DNA of 64,000 bases, taken from the NCBI GenBank assembly GCA_973895155.1, contig OZ316893.1:12044359-12108358 (forward strand), in the 5' to 3' direction. Position numbers and translations under genes: made by a program. The notes under the pieces are model-generated. The model was not told where the DNA came from. It made no database searches and was given only the letters and a program-made list of their open reading frames with translations. This document shows, piece by piece, positions 12,830 to 24,716 of the stretch; within the stretch, counting starts at the first letter, position 1; each line of letters begins with the position of its first letter. The stretch is from Marsupella aquatica (lineage: Eukaryota; Plantae; Marchantiophyta).

Positions 12830-13293
12830 ATGGGCCCTCTTTGCTTCGCGTCTTCGATTTATCGGTCAACTAACTCTTGTCGAATATGGATTACATAAAC
12901 TCGTGTGGTGAATTGCATCACAGAGCGACCTCGTGTCCTCGTCATTGTTTCTGAACGTCGCTTGTGGACAAACTTTCCTCGGCCTCCTCCATGTACAGTA
13001 GCTTCGAAGTAAGTCTCGTTCCGTCACGGCGTCACTTGCTCATAGCTTTCAATTCATCCTTCGTCTCCAAATTCGTCTCGTGTTTGACGTGGGTTACCAC
13101 CGTGCTCCCCTTTCCTTGTCTCGAAAATGAATGGAACCGACCTTTGTGTTGAAATGTGCAGGCCAACTCTACTGGAGACGAGAGTACCCCTCTCATGAAT
13201 TTAGGTCGTTTTATTGTCTCCAGCGGATGGATGTAAGCAAGCATTAAGAATTGGCGGAAACTTAAAACTAGTTTGTGTTCCCGGAGCGGAAAA
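12830..13293 (+). promoter_or_regulatory. Promoter and 5' UTR of the PTI1-like gene, with a leader intron and a uORF
   Basis: Site II TGGGCC at 12831; Y-patch ~12970-12990; donor GAA|GTAAGT at 13009; candidate acceptors TGTGCAG (13161) and TTGTCTCCAG (13223); uATG at 12991. Confidence 0.5.
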
Positions 13294-15845
13294 ATGAGGT
13301 GTTTTCGCTGTTTCAAGGATGAGAGCCCAGAGCTAAAACCTGATCAAAGCTACCTATCCGGCGGCGGCCATCACGGAGGTACGTTGTACAATATGGTTTT
13401 AAAGTCAATTCTTCTACGGTCTCCCTTTTGCTGGAGTGGGGCGGGATGCACTCTTTTATGGCAGGGGCACATTTATCAGTCAATTGCTTAGATTTTGCCT
13501 TTTGAGTGATCACTATTACTTTCCTAAATAGGATTCCGGGATTTATCAAACCTAAATGTGCATTTTCAAATGACTTCTGAAGCCTACATTTTGTCTGTCT
13601 TGCGAAGCTCATGCAAATACAAGAGCTTCAGATAGTCAGGCACCAAAACAAGGTGTTCTAGCACCGAAATTGCAGCCTATCTCTGCACCCGCGATTAGTT
13701 TCGACGAACTTAGAGAGTCTACGGACAATTTTGGAGCAAAAGCGTTGATTGGAGAGGGATCATACGGAAGAGTGTACTATGCTACCTTACACGACGGACG
13801 GGCGGCAGCAATCAAGAAGCTGGATGCCAGTACTCAGCCTGAAAATGAGTTTCTGTCACAGGTTTGTGGCTCTGAATTTGAATTATAGCTGCTCAGTGCA
13901 TCCAATTTAATATGAATCCATCCCAAGCTAGAGTAGGGTCTGACAACAACATATGATTGATACTTTTCACTTGGTGCGGATGTAGCCTGATGAAATTGCT
14001 CGTCATTGATTCGATTATATCCAATGTCCAATCTCTTCTTCCTCTTTTCGTAATTACATGGTTTCTGAATAATTTGTCTTCGAAATGTGCAGGTTTCCAT
14101 GGTATCTAGGCTCAAGAATGAGAATGTTGTGGAGCTCATAGGGTACTGTTTAGATGGAGGCCAGCGAGTTTTGGCATATGAATTTGCTACGTTTGGCTCC
14201 CTTCATGACATCTTACATGGTAGTAGCATTGGCCAATCCTTTGCTATCCAGTTTAGTTACGACGCCTTCTAAACTTTGGTTAGATGATGAGGATCTACTG
14301 TAGAATACTGCCTAGCAACCAAGTAGGACCTTATCCTACGTTTATAGGCCTGTTCATTTAGCTTTCAACCGTGGTTTGTGTGCGAACTCGTTATTTTTGT
14401 ATGCTGGTAGCTGAACTAGATACCTGGATTAAGTCCGTTATGATTAGTGAAGTATTTTCGCAGGAAGGAAGGGAGTAAAAGGTGCACAACCAGGACCAGT
14501 GCTAGATTGGATGCAGCGTGTGAGAATTGCTGTTGGAGCTGCAAGAGGACTGGAATACCTCCATGAAAAAGCCCAACCAGCCATCATTCATCGAGACATC
14601 AAGTCCAGCAATGTCTTGCTATTTGATGATTACATCGCCAAGATAGCTGATTTCAATCTTTCCAACCAGGCTCCTGATATGGCTGCCCGACTTCACTCTA
14701 CTCGAGTTCTTGGAACGTTCGGTTATCACGCTCCAGAGTTAGTCCCCTCCATCCTGTTGAGTGTTGTTTTCTAAATGCTGTGTTCCTCTTTGCATCGCTC
14801 GTTGCATCACTCTGTGGTATCACTCTTTGCGTCCTGAATCTGATTTGTATTGTTTTATTGTGCTCTGGAGTATGCTCCTAGAGTGGAGGCAAGTGTCAAA
14901 AATTATTGGTTTTACTGGAGGCTCATTGCGGGAGTGACCATTTGAGTCACTTATAGACCAATTCCATTTTCCAGAAGTTCTGCTTGTGGCACGTAATTGA
15001 AGTACCAAGTTTTTGACAATTCTGGAATCGGCTTGTCAGTTTGATGTGTAATTATACCATTAGGAAGATATCTCACCAACAGATTGTCGCCATTCTTGCA
15101 GGTATGCAATGACAGGACAATTGACGCAAAAGAGTGATGTCTATAGTTTTGGGGTGGTTCTGTTGGAGCTGCTGACTGGTAGAAAACCAGTAGACCACAC
15201 AATGCCTCGTGGCCAACAAAGTCTTGTTACTTGGGTATGATCTCTACCAATTTGATTTTCTGGTCATCCGTTGCGTATCATTCTGTGGAAGTCTGAAGAA
15301 TGGCGCTTCCTCCCTTCGTCTTCGTTCGTATCCTTTTTATCTTTCGTCCGAGTTTCTACATTTCTATGAGGTTTGTTTATGTGATGATCGTTTTCTAGGT
15401 GGCCATGGATTCTGTCTTGTGCTAATTCCTTGTATTCAATATAATTTCAGGCAACTCCAAGGCTAAGCGAGGACAAAGTGAAGCAGTGTGTGGATCCGAA
15501 ATTGAAGGGAGATTACCCTCCGAAGGCGGTTGCCAAGGTATGGAATCTTGATTAATTGTTCGAGGTTCTATCGGATCAATTTTCGTGCACTCTGACTAAC
15601 TTTGATATTCGTCTGCGAGTCTGGAAACAGGTTGTTCATTGATGGACACAATGTCGTAGATATTCTTCTTAAATAATCTGACTTGAGATCCATTGGACAT
15701 GCAGATGGCGGCTGTGGCAGCTCTGTGTGTTCAATACGAGGCTGATTTTCGTCCAAACATGAGCATCGTAGTTAAAGCCCTGCAACCTCTGTTAACCGCA
15801 CGGACAGCAGCAGCACCCGTTGCAGAATCTCCTGGGAACGATTGA
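13294..15845 (+). CDS. PTI1: PTI1-like (Pto-interacting 1 / MARIS-type, RLCK-VIII) protein kinase, 358 aa, 7 exons
   Basis: Exons 13294-13378, 13632-13861, 14093-14219, 14464-14737, 15102-15234, 15451-15537 and 15705-15845, all GT-AG, total 1077 nt in frame. Motifs: [98 protein letters not shown]. Confidence 0.96.
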
Positions 15846-16439
15846 TATGGTTGCGTATTTTGAATAGCTACTTTTTTTTTCTGTAGTCCTTGTTGTGGTT
15901 GTTATATTCTGAGCCGTGTCTTTATTAGGGTTCTCAATTAAGAGTAACCGGCAGACATATGCTCATCTTGGACTGCCATTTTGCCTACCACAACCAACGT
16001 CATCGTTCAAAGCAATTGTGACCTGGTTAGTTTCAGGGATGTCGAGATTGCATGTCAGACGTCACTAGCATGGCACTGAGAGCATCAAAATCAGCCGATT
16101 GTGTGAGGAATGCCATGGAAGCTGTGAATTGGAGGTTTAATACCTCGGTAGTCTACGTTGGGCAGTGTACAAATATAAAAAGATTTCAGTGGCCAGTCGC
16201 GCGACTTAGTTGGTGGTATGGCTGTGGAACTGCCTGTTGGGCTAGACCTTGTCAACGCTTGCACCATATGGACTTGAATGCGGCCTATGGAATGAATACT
16301 ATGACGCTGAGAGACCTCTGCACCCAGGACCCCACTGCACCATAGCTTTCATTATCTCACTGCGGAGATCAATTCAATATATGCAGGGTCTTCTCACTTT
16401 TTCTTCATGTAATGTCAACTGGAATTCTCAACTGTAGAT

Positions 16440-17040
16440 TTGATCATAGGATAATGTCTCTTCTTGAACTATCATACTGGTAATCATCACTTATGTAGAA
16501 GTAACAATCTCCAATGATGTGGCCATCTTCCGGATCTGAGGGGTCAGGTCTGCATTCTCAGTCTCGATATATTCATGATTGTATTGATGATCTAAGCTTA
16601 TGGCGTACCAGGATGCTAATCTGCATTGTTATTCCAATGCATACTTTGCACTTCATCCTGAACCAAGAAAGTTTAGTTCGAGATGACTGAAATTTTATAG
16701 AAGAAAGCATGGTCCCCTTGGGAAATATTGCTTGAGACCTCTCGTACTGCTCTGCTTGCCACCGAGCTCAGAAGTTGTGAATAACAGATGCAGGCATCGC
16801 CTGCTATACTTTCTCCAGAAATTTTGTTCCCACGTAGATCATCCTCAACCTCTTTCTGCCTTATCCTCCTCACAGCCTTTCTTCTTCTTAGTGTACAAGC
16901 GACATCCCAGACAACGGATAAGGAGTCATCTGACTGCAGCTGTGTAGCATGTAATTCACAAACATTCTACAACATGTGATTTTGCAGTCATGGCTCAACC
17001 AAAGGACAAAAGGCAGGCTGTTTGAAACATAATGAAACAG
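16440..17040 (-). mobile_element. Decayed Sola2-like DDE transposase fragment
   Basis: Minus-strand translation across stops and frameshifts: VIHNF*ARWQAEQY...FPKGTMLS (~16710-16785), VQDEVQSMHWNN..ILV (16634-16663), YFYISDD (16483-16503). This matches the DFAENY..QxEIQSxHW / FYISDD transposase signature. Confidence 0.65.
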
Positions 17041-18649
17041 GTGAGAGAATGGTACGTTGAGATATTGTGCCTTAAAGCCACTGTCCCCGAAGCAAAACCT
17101 GGTGGATCCAGGTTACTAAAATGAGTGCCAGTTGTTCTAATTTTATTTTTTTAAAGTGCACATTTTTGTCCTCCCGGAACCTGATGGACAGTGCTGGGTT
17201 GAACCAGAAGGTAAATCATGGCAATAGAAGGAATGCATCGCGGGTGCATGCCAAGATTGGGTGTCACACATTTACTCCCACCCCTAAACTCTAAATTTGT
17301 TCAGCTGGCTCCTTGCCTATCCACAAATTGTAAAATCACAACATTTTGTAGGATGTTTGTGAAGTAACTAAACCCTATATTATTGACAACTTCCTGTCTT
17401 TCAGGACCCTTATTGCAGCATTTTGTGAAGATCAACTAAAAGTCTACCTAGCACCATAACAAACGGTACAAATATAGTGCAATCAAATCTACCTGCCACC
17501 ATTACAAACATTTTGAACTTAAGTGCAGACACCGATAAGGCAAGAGAGGATATCTCAGGCAGCTAACTTTAGTGCAATCACTGATGAGACTAGGATCAAC
17601 ATCTTGGGCAGCTGAGTGGGCGGCAGGGAGGAAATTGAAGCAGACCGTGGGGTTGTTTATGCAAATATGTAGGAAATTGGATTGGGGAGTTGACAATGGA
17701 AATCTGCAGGAAGTCATAGACCTCAGGAGGTAAATTACAGATGTTCAAGTGAATCATGTGCAAGTACAAAAATTTGATCAAATGAAAAAATTAATAAATA
17801 TAAGAATCTTTAGACATAATAAAAAATTGTTAAAAAAAATCTTTATGTATGGAAATAAAATATTAAATAGAAGTATCTAAAAAAGCAGTATGATACAAAG
17901 AAATATGAAGGGAACAATTATTAAGCAAAATTTACCATAATCTGTATTTAGCTGTAGTTGGATTTCCCATATCTTGGGAAGATCTGATCGCTACCCTTCA
18001 GATCAGGATACATGGAAGAGATTCCAAAATTTTATAATACTTATTTGTTCTGGCCTTTGCATTTTCTATTACCTGTCCTCCTCTTTGTATGCAATTAATG
18101 CAAGAAAATACCCCTACCACAACATTGCAACCTTAGTACATCAGAAACTATAATACAAAGTTGCGCCACTTTTTGAAGTGGTGGTCATTCAAATTTGGAG
18201 GGGCTTTTTAAGTGAAAGAAAAGGGAATTGTAAAAAAAGAAAACTAAGAATAAGAGAAACTAATTATATTTTGTGTATAACATGTTTTTCCAAGCAAGAA
18301 AAGTACAAAGGCTTCCCCTTTACCATCCATGCTACCCATGCTCCTCCCTCTACCATCCATGTCAATCATGTATACAAAGTACTCCTCCCTCTACCATCGA
18401 TGCCATACTATGCCCCATGCCATATCATCCATGCAAAGGAAGTGCTGCATGTATCATGAGAGGAGTTTAATGACAAATGTTTTACATAATCAAGAAAAAA
18501 GTGCACAACCTAATAATAAATCAAAGACAAGATGAGAAAAATAGTGAAAAAAGAAGGAACGTTTTAAAAGATATAAATTACAAAAACAATTGAAAAAATA
18601 ATTCTCATTTTGTTGTACTTTGGTGGTGGTTTTTGAATCTCTCTGTGTC

Positions 18650-19121
18650 ATGACATCTTTCACTTGACAATTTTTTTACACAATGAGATCTTTTTAACAA
18701 AGATATATTTTGCACCATGATATTTTTCAACTACATCTATTTACGCATTGACGTCTTTTGCCGAACTATATCTTTTAGTAAACTACATCTTTTGCACAAT
18801 GTCATCATTCGAGCAACCACATATTTACTTAAATGATATCTTTTATTTAACAATATGTAAATGCAAGGAGATATTTACGCAACAACATCTTTTGTGCAAT
18901 GGATACTAGATAACATATATGCTAACAAACATCACTTTACTTGTGGACCATTTGTACTTAACAACAACTTTATACTTAACAACATCTTTTCTGTTAACGA
19001 CATATTGGGCGTAGTGACATCTTTTCTCTTAACGACATCTTGGGCGTCATGACATCTTTTCTCTTAACGACATTTTGGGCGTCACTACATCTTTTGTGCA
19101 ACGCACGGGTATTGAGCTCGT
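18650..19121 (+). mobile_element. Helitron-like element remnant (same family as 8160-8466)
   Basis: ACATCTTTT minisatellite, including a local ~33-bp tandem repeat at ~18980-19090, ending GTGCAACGCACGGGTATTGAGCTCG|T. Confidence 0.55.
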
Positions 19122-19694
19122 TAGCATATTATTTTATGTTGGTAACAGTTCATTGATTAGTGCATGGGCCAACCGTGGATTGTGCATATCCCTTATAAGT
19201 TGTGCATATTAAGATGGTACAAATTAGTACAGTGTGGACCAAAATTAGAGATTTTATGGTAGATTTGAGTGCTCGGCCTAATCATAATCAATTAATTTCC
19301 ATTAATTTTAATCGATGCAGAACTAGCCTAATCGTCCAGTTCGGAGTAGGGGTTCAAAGGAAACTCAACAAAGACCATGCAAATAGCCAAAAGACCGTAG
19401 AGTCCTCATGAACAGCAAAACAATGAAAGCCCCTCTTGAGCATGAACAGTGAATGTCCTACCTAGCTCCCTATAGTGCAACAAACACCAGATCCGAGACC
19501 ACCCGAACTCATCTGAGAAGCTCAACAAACCTCCGGTCCAACAAAGAATGGTGAAGGTTTGAGCCCTATGTACTGCAACAAAACAAACATCAGATCCAAG
19601 ACCACGTTTGGTCATGAATTCCATTGTCTGGAAATCTCAATCTCAATAATCTACAGGGTCAGACTTCAAAGGCTTCTTAGGGTCCTGGCCAATA

Positions 19695-19975
19695 CTAGTT
19701 CCGGTTGCCATGTGACAAGTTGCTACTGGCTAGCCTTAATCTGCCACTACCCCCCTGCCCCTTCCCTGCTGCATTTTCCTGAGTAAAATTGAGGGCTGAA
19801 AGTGGAATGTTTTTGTGAGGCATGTGTGGACGGGGGTGTGGAGCGAAAAATGACATTCTTTTCCTCTCCCGGACCTGCGACTGTGCCATACAATGGGGGG
19901 GGGAGAGGGGCCGAGGGGGAGAGGGGCGGGTTAAGGCAAGCCAGTAGTGACTCACCACATGGCCATGGGAACTAG
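19695..19975. mobile_element. MITE with ~50-bp TIRs and a TA target duplication
   Basis: Left end TA|CTAGTTCCGGTTGCCATGTGACAAGTTGCTACTGGCTAGCCTTAA versus right-end reverse complement TA|CTAGTTCCCATGGCCATGTGGTGAGTCACTACTGGCTTGCCTTAA. Confidence 0.8.
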
Positions 19976-20229
19976 TATACTACTTAGTTTTTACTAACCC
20001 ATATATGAAATGGGGGTTTTGGGTTTAGGGTTTTTCAACTGACAATTATTAATATTATCGGTAACAAGACAATTTTTTATAAAAAAATAAAATAACAAAT
20101 AATGGGTAAAAGGTGTTAGGCATTTACTCTTTGGTCTACAGTTAAGACTATTACTGTAGTTAGGATTAACCTTAGTTACAGACTTGATTATGTTTGGCGT
20201 GTTCAATTGCACAACCCCTAAGTTCTCCT

Positions 20230-21070
20230 CTCATTCAAGCTGAATGTGACATCCACAAGCAATTATGTTCAAGAAAGAACACACAGTCACCTGGCTTAGC
20301 TTATCTAAAACCCAAAACATTTCTTTTGTTCGTCCTATCATACTGCTAGCAAAAGTTTGCATAGCAAGTACCAAAACAACCAGCTCATCCCAATATACAA
20401 CTTGAGCTAAGTATGGCATGTAACGCCTTGTGCTCTGTTTAACTCACATTGTCAAGAAAATGAGATCCGGTCCATCCTTCAAAAAATCATCAGAAAATAA
20501 TTTATCAACTTTCACCAAAACATCCAGAAGGACAAGAATTTTGATTCCTTTGCACCACGAACTCTGAGCACTGATTTCTAAGCACTGCTGGAAAGCCCTT
20601 TGATTGATCTATTTGTTGAGCTAAAAACTTCTAAATTTTATGCAAACAAAACTCCAGAAAAATCATGGACACTGTCTGTTGGAAAATTATCATTTAGAAA
20701 ATATCCTCATCTTTCGAGCATGCTCTGATACCAATTGCTGAGCACACATGCAACATGGAATGGCATGCACATGACCATCCAACAAACAAGTAATTGACAT
20801 AGAAAGATACACTGTGGGTCACCTCCAATGAGGCCACATCCATGAGAACATACAAGAGTTTTATTGTCATACCAAGTCTCTATAGCACAAGCTCTCTCCA
20901 GTATTTCTCAAGTTGCTCTGCAACAATAAGCTTGAGTTCATTCTCACAAGTAAAAACTTATACGTATACATAGGACGTAGCATATATGACTACCTAACCA
21001 AGTTTGCAATTACAATTAGTCAAACTATAGTTTCAGTCATAACTCTAAACTTAAGACTAAATGCCTAATA
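20230..21070 (-). mobile_element. Truncated Copia-like retrotransposon family A: 5' LTR, tRNA-iMet PBS and internal remnant
   Basis: LTR at ~20736-21070 is similar to the other family-A copies. On the minus strand it is followed by TGGTATCAGAGC (20722-20733), the canonical iMet primer-binding site, then decayed internal sequence. Confidence 0.75.
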
Positions 21071-22669
21071 ATCCATCATGACATCTCACAAGGAACTAAG
21101 GGGAAGCTTGGCTATGGTTGAGTCCATGCTCATGCTATAATTAAATGTGGTTGCCTCACATGACATAGAGGGTCCTTCTTGTCACAAGGTACTGGCCAAA
21201 AGCAAATGCAAAGGAACCATTGTAAACCAATCTGAGTTTGGGTGACTGAGTTAATAGTCCTTGGGGGGTTTTATGGTTGCAGTATTCCTTTGGTTTGATG
21301 ATGATCAAACTTTTCTGAATTCACACTAATTTATATAATGCTTTTAAAAAGTTTTTAAAAAAAAATTGTGAATCCAGGTCACCATAATTGCCTAATGTTT
21401 TTAAACAAAGTTAAAAGAATGAGCTTCATTGTCTATGTTTTAGTCCCACAGCATTGACTAGTTAAGATATGGTTAGCTTGTATTTTGGGGATTAATCCGA
21501 TTAATCGCGCCCAAAAAAGCTTCAATTGAACGAGGAGGCCTGGGGCAACAAAGAAAGCTTGAGACCCCGCCGAACATGGTGCATTTACGAAACGAGGTAA
21601 GTTGCCAAGAAATAGTTCCAAAACACGAGTAAGAAACCGGGCCACACTTCGGGTGCCGTAATATATTACTAATGCGCCCAAGTATTTGGCCATCCCGGAT
21701 TTTTTGGAACCCGCCGGCCGCCCGTAAGTCTTCCAGGAGCGTAATAACGATCCGGCTTGAGATGCTGACAAGATCCATTGAAGCTACTTCCGGAGTAAAA
21801 AGCCACAAAGCGACGAGGTGGCCCCCTAACCTTATCATGAATGAGAGTCCCTATCGGAAAAATCTCTCATTTCGACCAACTGGGTCCGAACCGCGCTCCG
21901 GCACTATATGAGCCGGGTTTTCACTGGATATGAAATCACTTTGTTCGGTGCTCAATCTAGTGGTATCTTTATGGGAATTTTATTTATCGCTGTAGTCATG
22001 CTTGAGCTTTTCTTCAAAGAGGCCGCTCAAATGCACCTAATGAAAGGTGTATTTCACTTGAGAAGACACGGAACTTGCTCCAATTGATTCTAAAATTTAC
22101 GAGGATTATGTCAGACAGTCGCCCTTGTCGGACAGTATCTTGGTCTTGTGGTGTCCGACGAAACAAAGTCCGGGTCCCTTTCTCGTACAGATTAATACAA
22201 TTCGATATTGCAAGGTTCTTTAATATATGATTATACATGAAAATGAGATCATCTTATCGCGAAGCGATTCCCTTAGCAATGGGCTAAAAAATGGCAAAAA
22301 AAGGTGTATAGGCGATCGAAACCGACTAAACCGACTTTACTAAATCAAGGTGGGAATCGAAAAACAGACATTATTGAAAATAAAAAGTTTAAGTTATCGG
22401 TACGGCTCTGGCAAACAGGTGGGTCAGGAGTGCACCACATGAGGAGATGAACCTGGACTTGCCATGTGACAGAGTACCTCGTAAACTAGACAGTGTGCGT
22501 TGAATATGGACCCAAATTGGTCCACTACATTTTGGACCACATTTTGGACTACATTTTGGAAGAATGCTTCTGTTAGGTTGTGTAAGAAAAAGTCCACCCT
22601 AATAGTGAAAACATTTCGTACGAGGTTTCACTTCGTTCACACTGTATATTGTGCCAAACAATCCTTTAC

Positions 22670-23250
22670 TGCCACGTTGCCACACTTCCCATTAGCTCTG
22701 AATTTCTCTGTCACACGTGTCGAATTTTCAAAGCTGTATAATCCTCGACAAGTGGAGGCTTTCCACTGCCCCGATGGCAAGGGCAGAATATCTTGTTTTG
22801 ATTCCCTTCTCGCGGGCAACCAAAAAGAAACTCCCTGAATTTTCTATTCGCCAGTTCTGATATATAATAAAGGAAAGATTGAGAATTTCCCACGAGGCTT
22901 ATCCATGCATGTATGCATGCAGAGCCAGTCTATGCCTTTCCTCCAACCAGAAGTGAGCACGTGCCCGTTCATGGGTTAAACTGCTCATGGAAGCCGTCGA
23001 TCTCTCACCAACCCAGATCTGTTTTGTTTATTTCCCTATTATTTTGTTATTTTATTGATATGGATATTGTCCTCGGGCAGATTGCCTTTGCGGGCAGCTA
23101 AAATGAGCGTCTGGATATAGTTCTCACCGGACCCTTAGATCCTGCCAATGGACGGTAGAGATTAATCTAAAGCAGTAGGGGAAGTTTCGAAGAGAATTGA
23201 GTTTTGCAACGGAGGTGATCTCAGATTCAGAGCGAGGAAGATATAAAGAA
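22670..23250 (+). promoter_or_regulatory. ABA/desiccation-type promoter (ABREs, RY element, G-box, TATA)
   Basis: GCCACGT 22671, CACGTGTC 22714, CATGCATG 22904, CACGTG 22958, TATAAA 23242, all upstream of the LEA-like CDS. Confidence 0.6.
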
Positions 23251-23403
23251 CCCGACGTAGAGCTCGTCTGCACAAATGTGACTGTGCAAGCTTTTTGTAA
23301 TCGACTGAGTATATCAATTCAATTCTGTTTAAACGAGCCCGGCACGTCAATTTCTTCGTGATCAAGCTTTTCGCAGCCGAGTGAGGATATCAATCCGATT
23401 TTG

Positions 23404-24716
23404 ATGGCATCGATGGCGTCGTTGGGAGTGACTGTGGCAATGCCGACAATCTCTAGCACCTTGTGCTGCAACAGTGCAAGTGCTGTGAAATTGAGCTCTT
23501 CGGCGAACATGCTGGGCATGAGGCTGGATTCTGCCACTGCTGCCGCTGCACCCAGTTTCCCGAGATCTGCCCGCTCTTTGGTCGTCCGGGCTGGCGACCA
23601 GGTAATGAGATACACTCCAGCTGATTCCAGACTGTTGTAGTGTGAACCCATTCTCAGCTGTCTACAATTGAATGAGCGCTGACTATTTGTTTGATACATT
23701 CTCTTTACTTCTGAAACTATTGAAGAAACATGGACTACAATGGACGTGGACCCTTCTACTCGGTCCTCGTTTGTGCGAGTGCTTGTGTCGATCAGATTGT
23801 GATTCCCAGTATATACTGTACGAGGCTGATAGTGCCCTTGTCGTCGAGAGCACCGCATATCTTCAACTCCTGATGTACTTCTGTTCGTCAGAGTTCGAGT
23901 TTGTCTAGCTGTGCGGAGTGCACACCTATGTACCAATGCTTGGCTCTCAAGCATGCTGTTGAGGGTGGCATTTGTATCTCGAAAAGAAACAGGCCGGGAG
24001 TAGAGAAATGATTGAATAGCTTCACGGGAAGTGTAATATATATGTTGCAAAACAGGTTGTTAAGGACAGCATGTGGGCTGTCGAGTTTGATTGGACGTTG
24101 GGATCGTTGGCATGTTTTTAATCAAATGCGTGTACTGCAATGCAATGATTATCCGAGCAGCCCAACGTCTGGGACAATGTAAAATCAGCCTTCGGAGACG
24201 CCCAGGATAAAGCATCTGAAGCGACAGCCAAGGGCGACAAGGAGCTGAAGAAGACTGCTAGCCAGTCTAAGAGCGGTTCGGAAGACCTCGGTAGCAAAGC
24301 AGAGAACTTGAAGGTACTTGGAATGGTTATCTTTCTGACCTGTTCAACCAAAATCAATACATGGTGGACAAATTAAGTTTACCAGTTTGGATGATTCGCT
24401 TTATCATATGCACTAGATCTTCTCTAGAGATACGTCAATAAGCTAAATCTCAGTTAAATGTCCATCACTGTGTACTGTGGAGTACTTTAGAGCAGCTTAA
24501 TTTGTGTCGCTCTGATAGCAATCTCTATCGGCTACTTTAGAGCAGATTTACTTGTGTCGCTCTGGATAGCTATCTCGATCGACTTGACGAAGTGTTTGTA
24601 ATGAACAGGACGACATACAAGCCCAAGCCGAGGATGCTGCAGAAGGAGTGAAGACTGGCATCGCAGATCTGAAGGACAAAGTCGAAGACGCAATTGACTC
24701 AGCAAAACCGAAGTGA
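23404..24716 (+). CDS. Plastid-targeted small hydrophilic LEA/COR15-like protein, 152 aa, 3 exons
   Basis: Exons 23404-23601, 24161-24313 and 24609-24716 with phase-0 GT-AG introns. A Ser/Ala-rich transit peptide MASMAS...LVVRA is followed by a K/D/E/A-rich helical region (PNVWDNVKSAFGDAQDKASEATAK...AEDAAEGVKTGIADLKDKVEDAIDSAKPK). The gene model is strong; the family name is inferred. Confidence 0.85.

Noticed and set aside
21430-22310. Possible DNA transposon remnant with small hairpins
   Set aside because: No TIR pair, TSD or coding motif could be identified.
23319-24050. 243-codon antisense ORF over exon 1 and intron 1 of the LEA-like gene
   Set aside because: It starts at TTG, has no recognisable domain, and the sense-strand spliced gene explains the locus.
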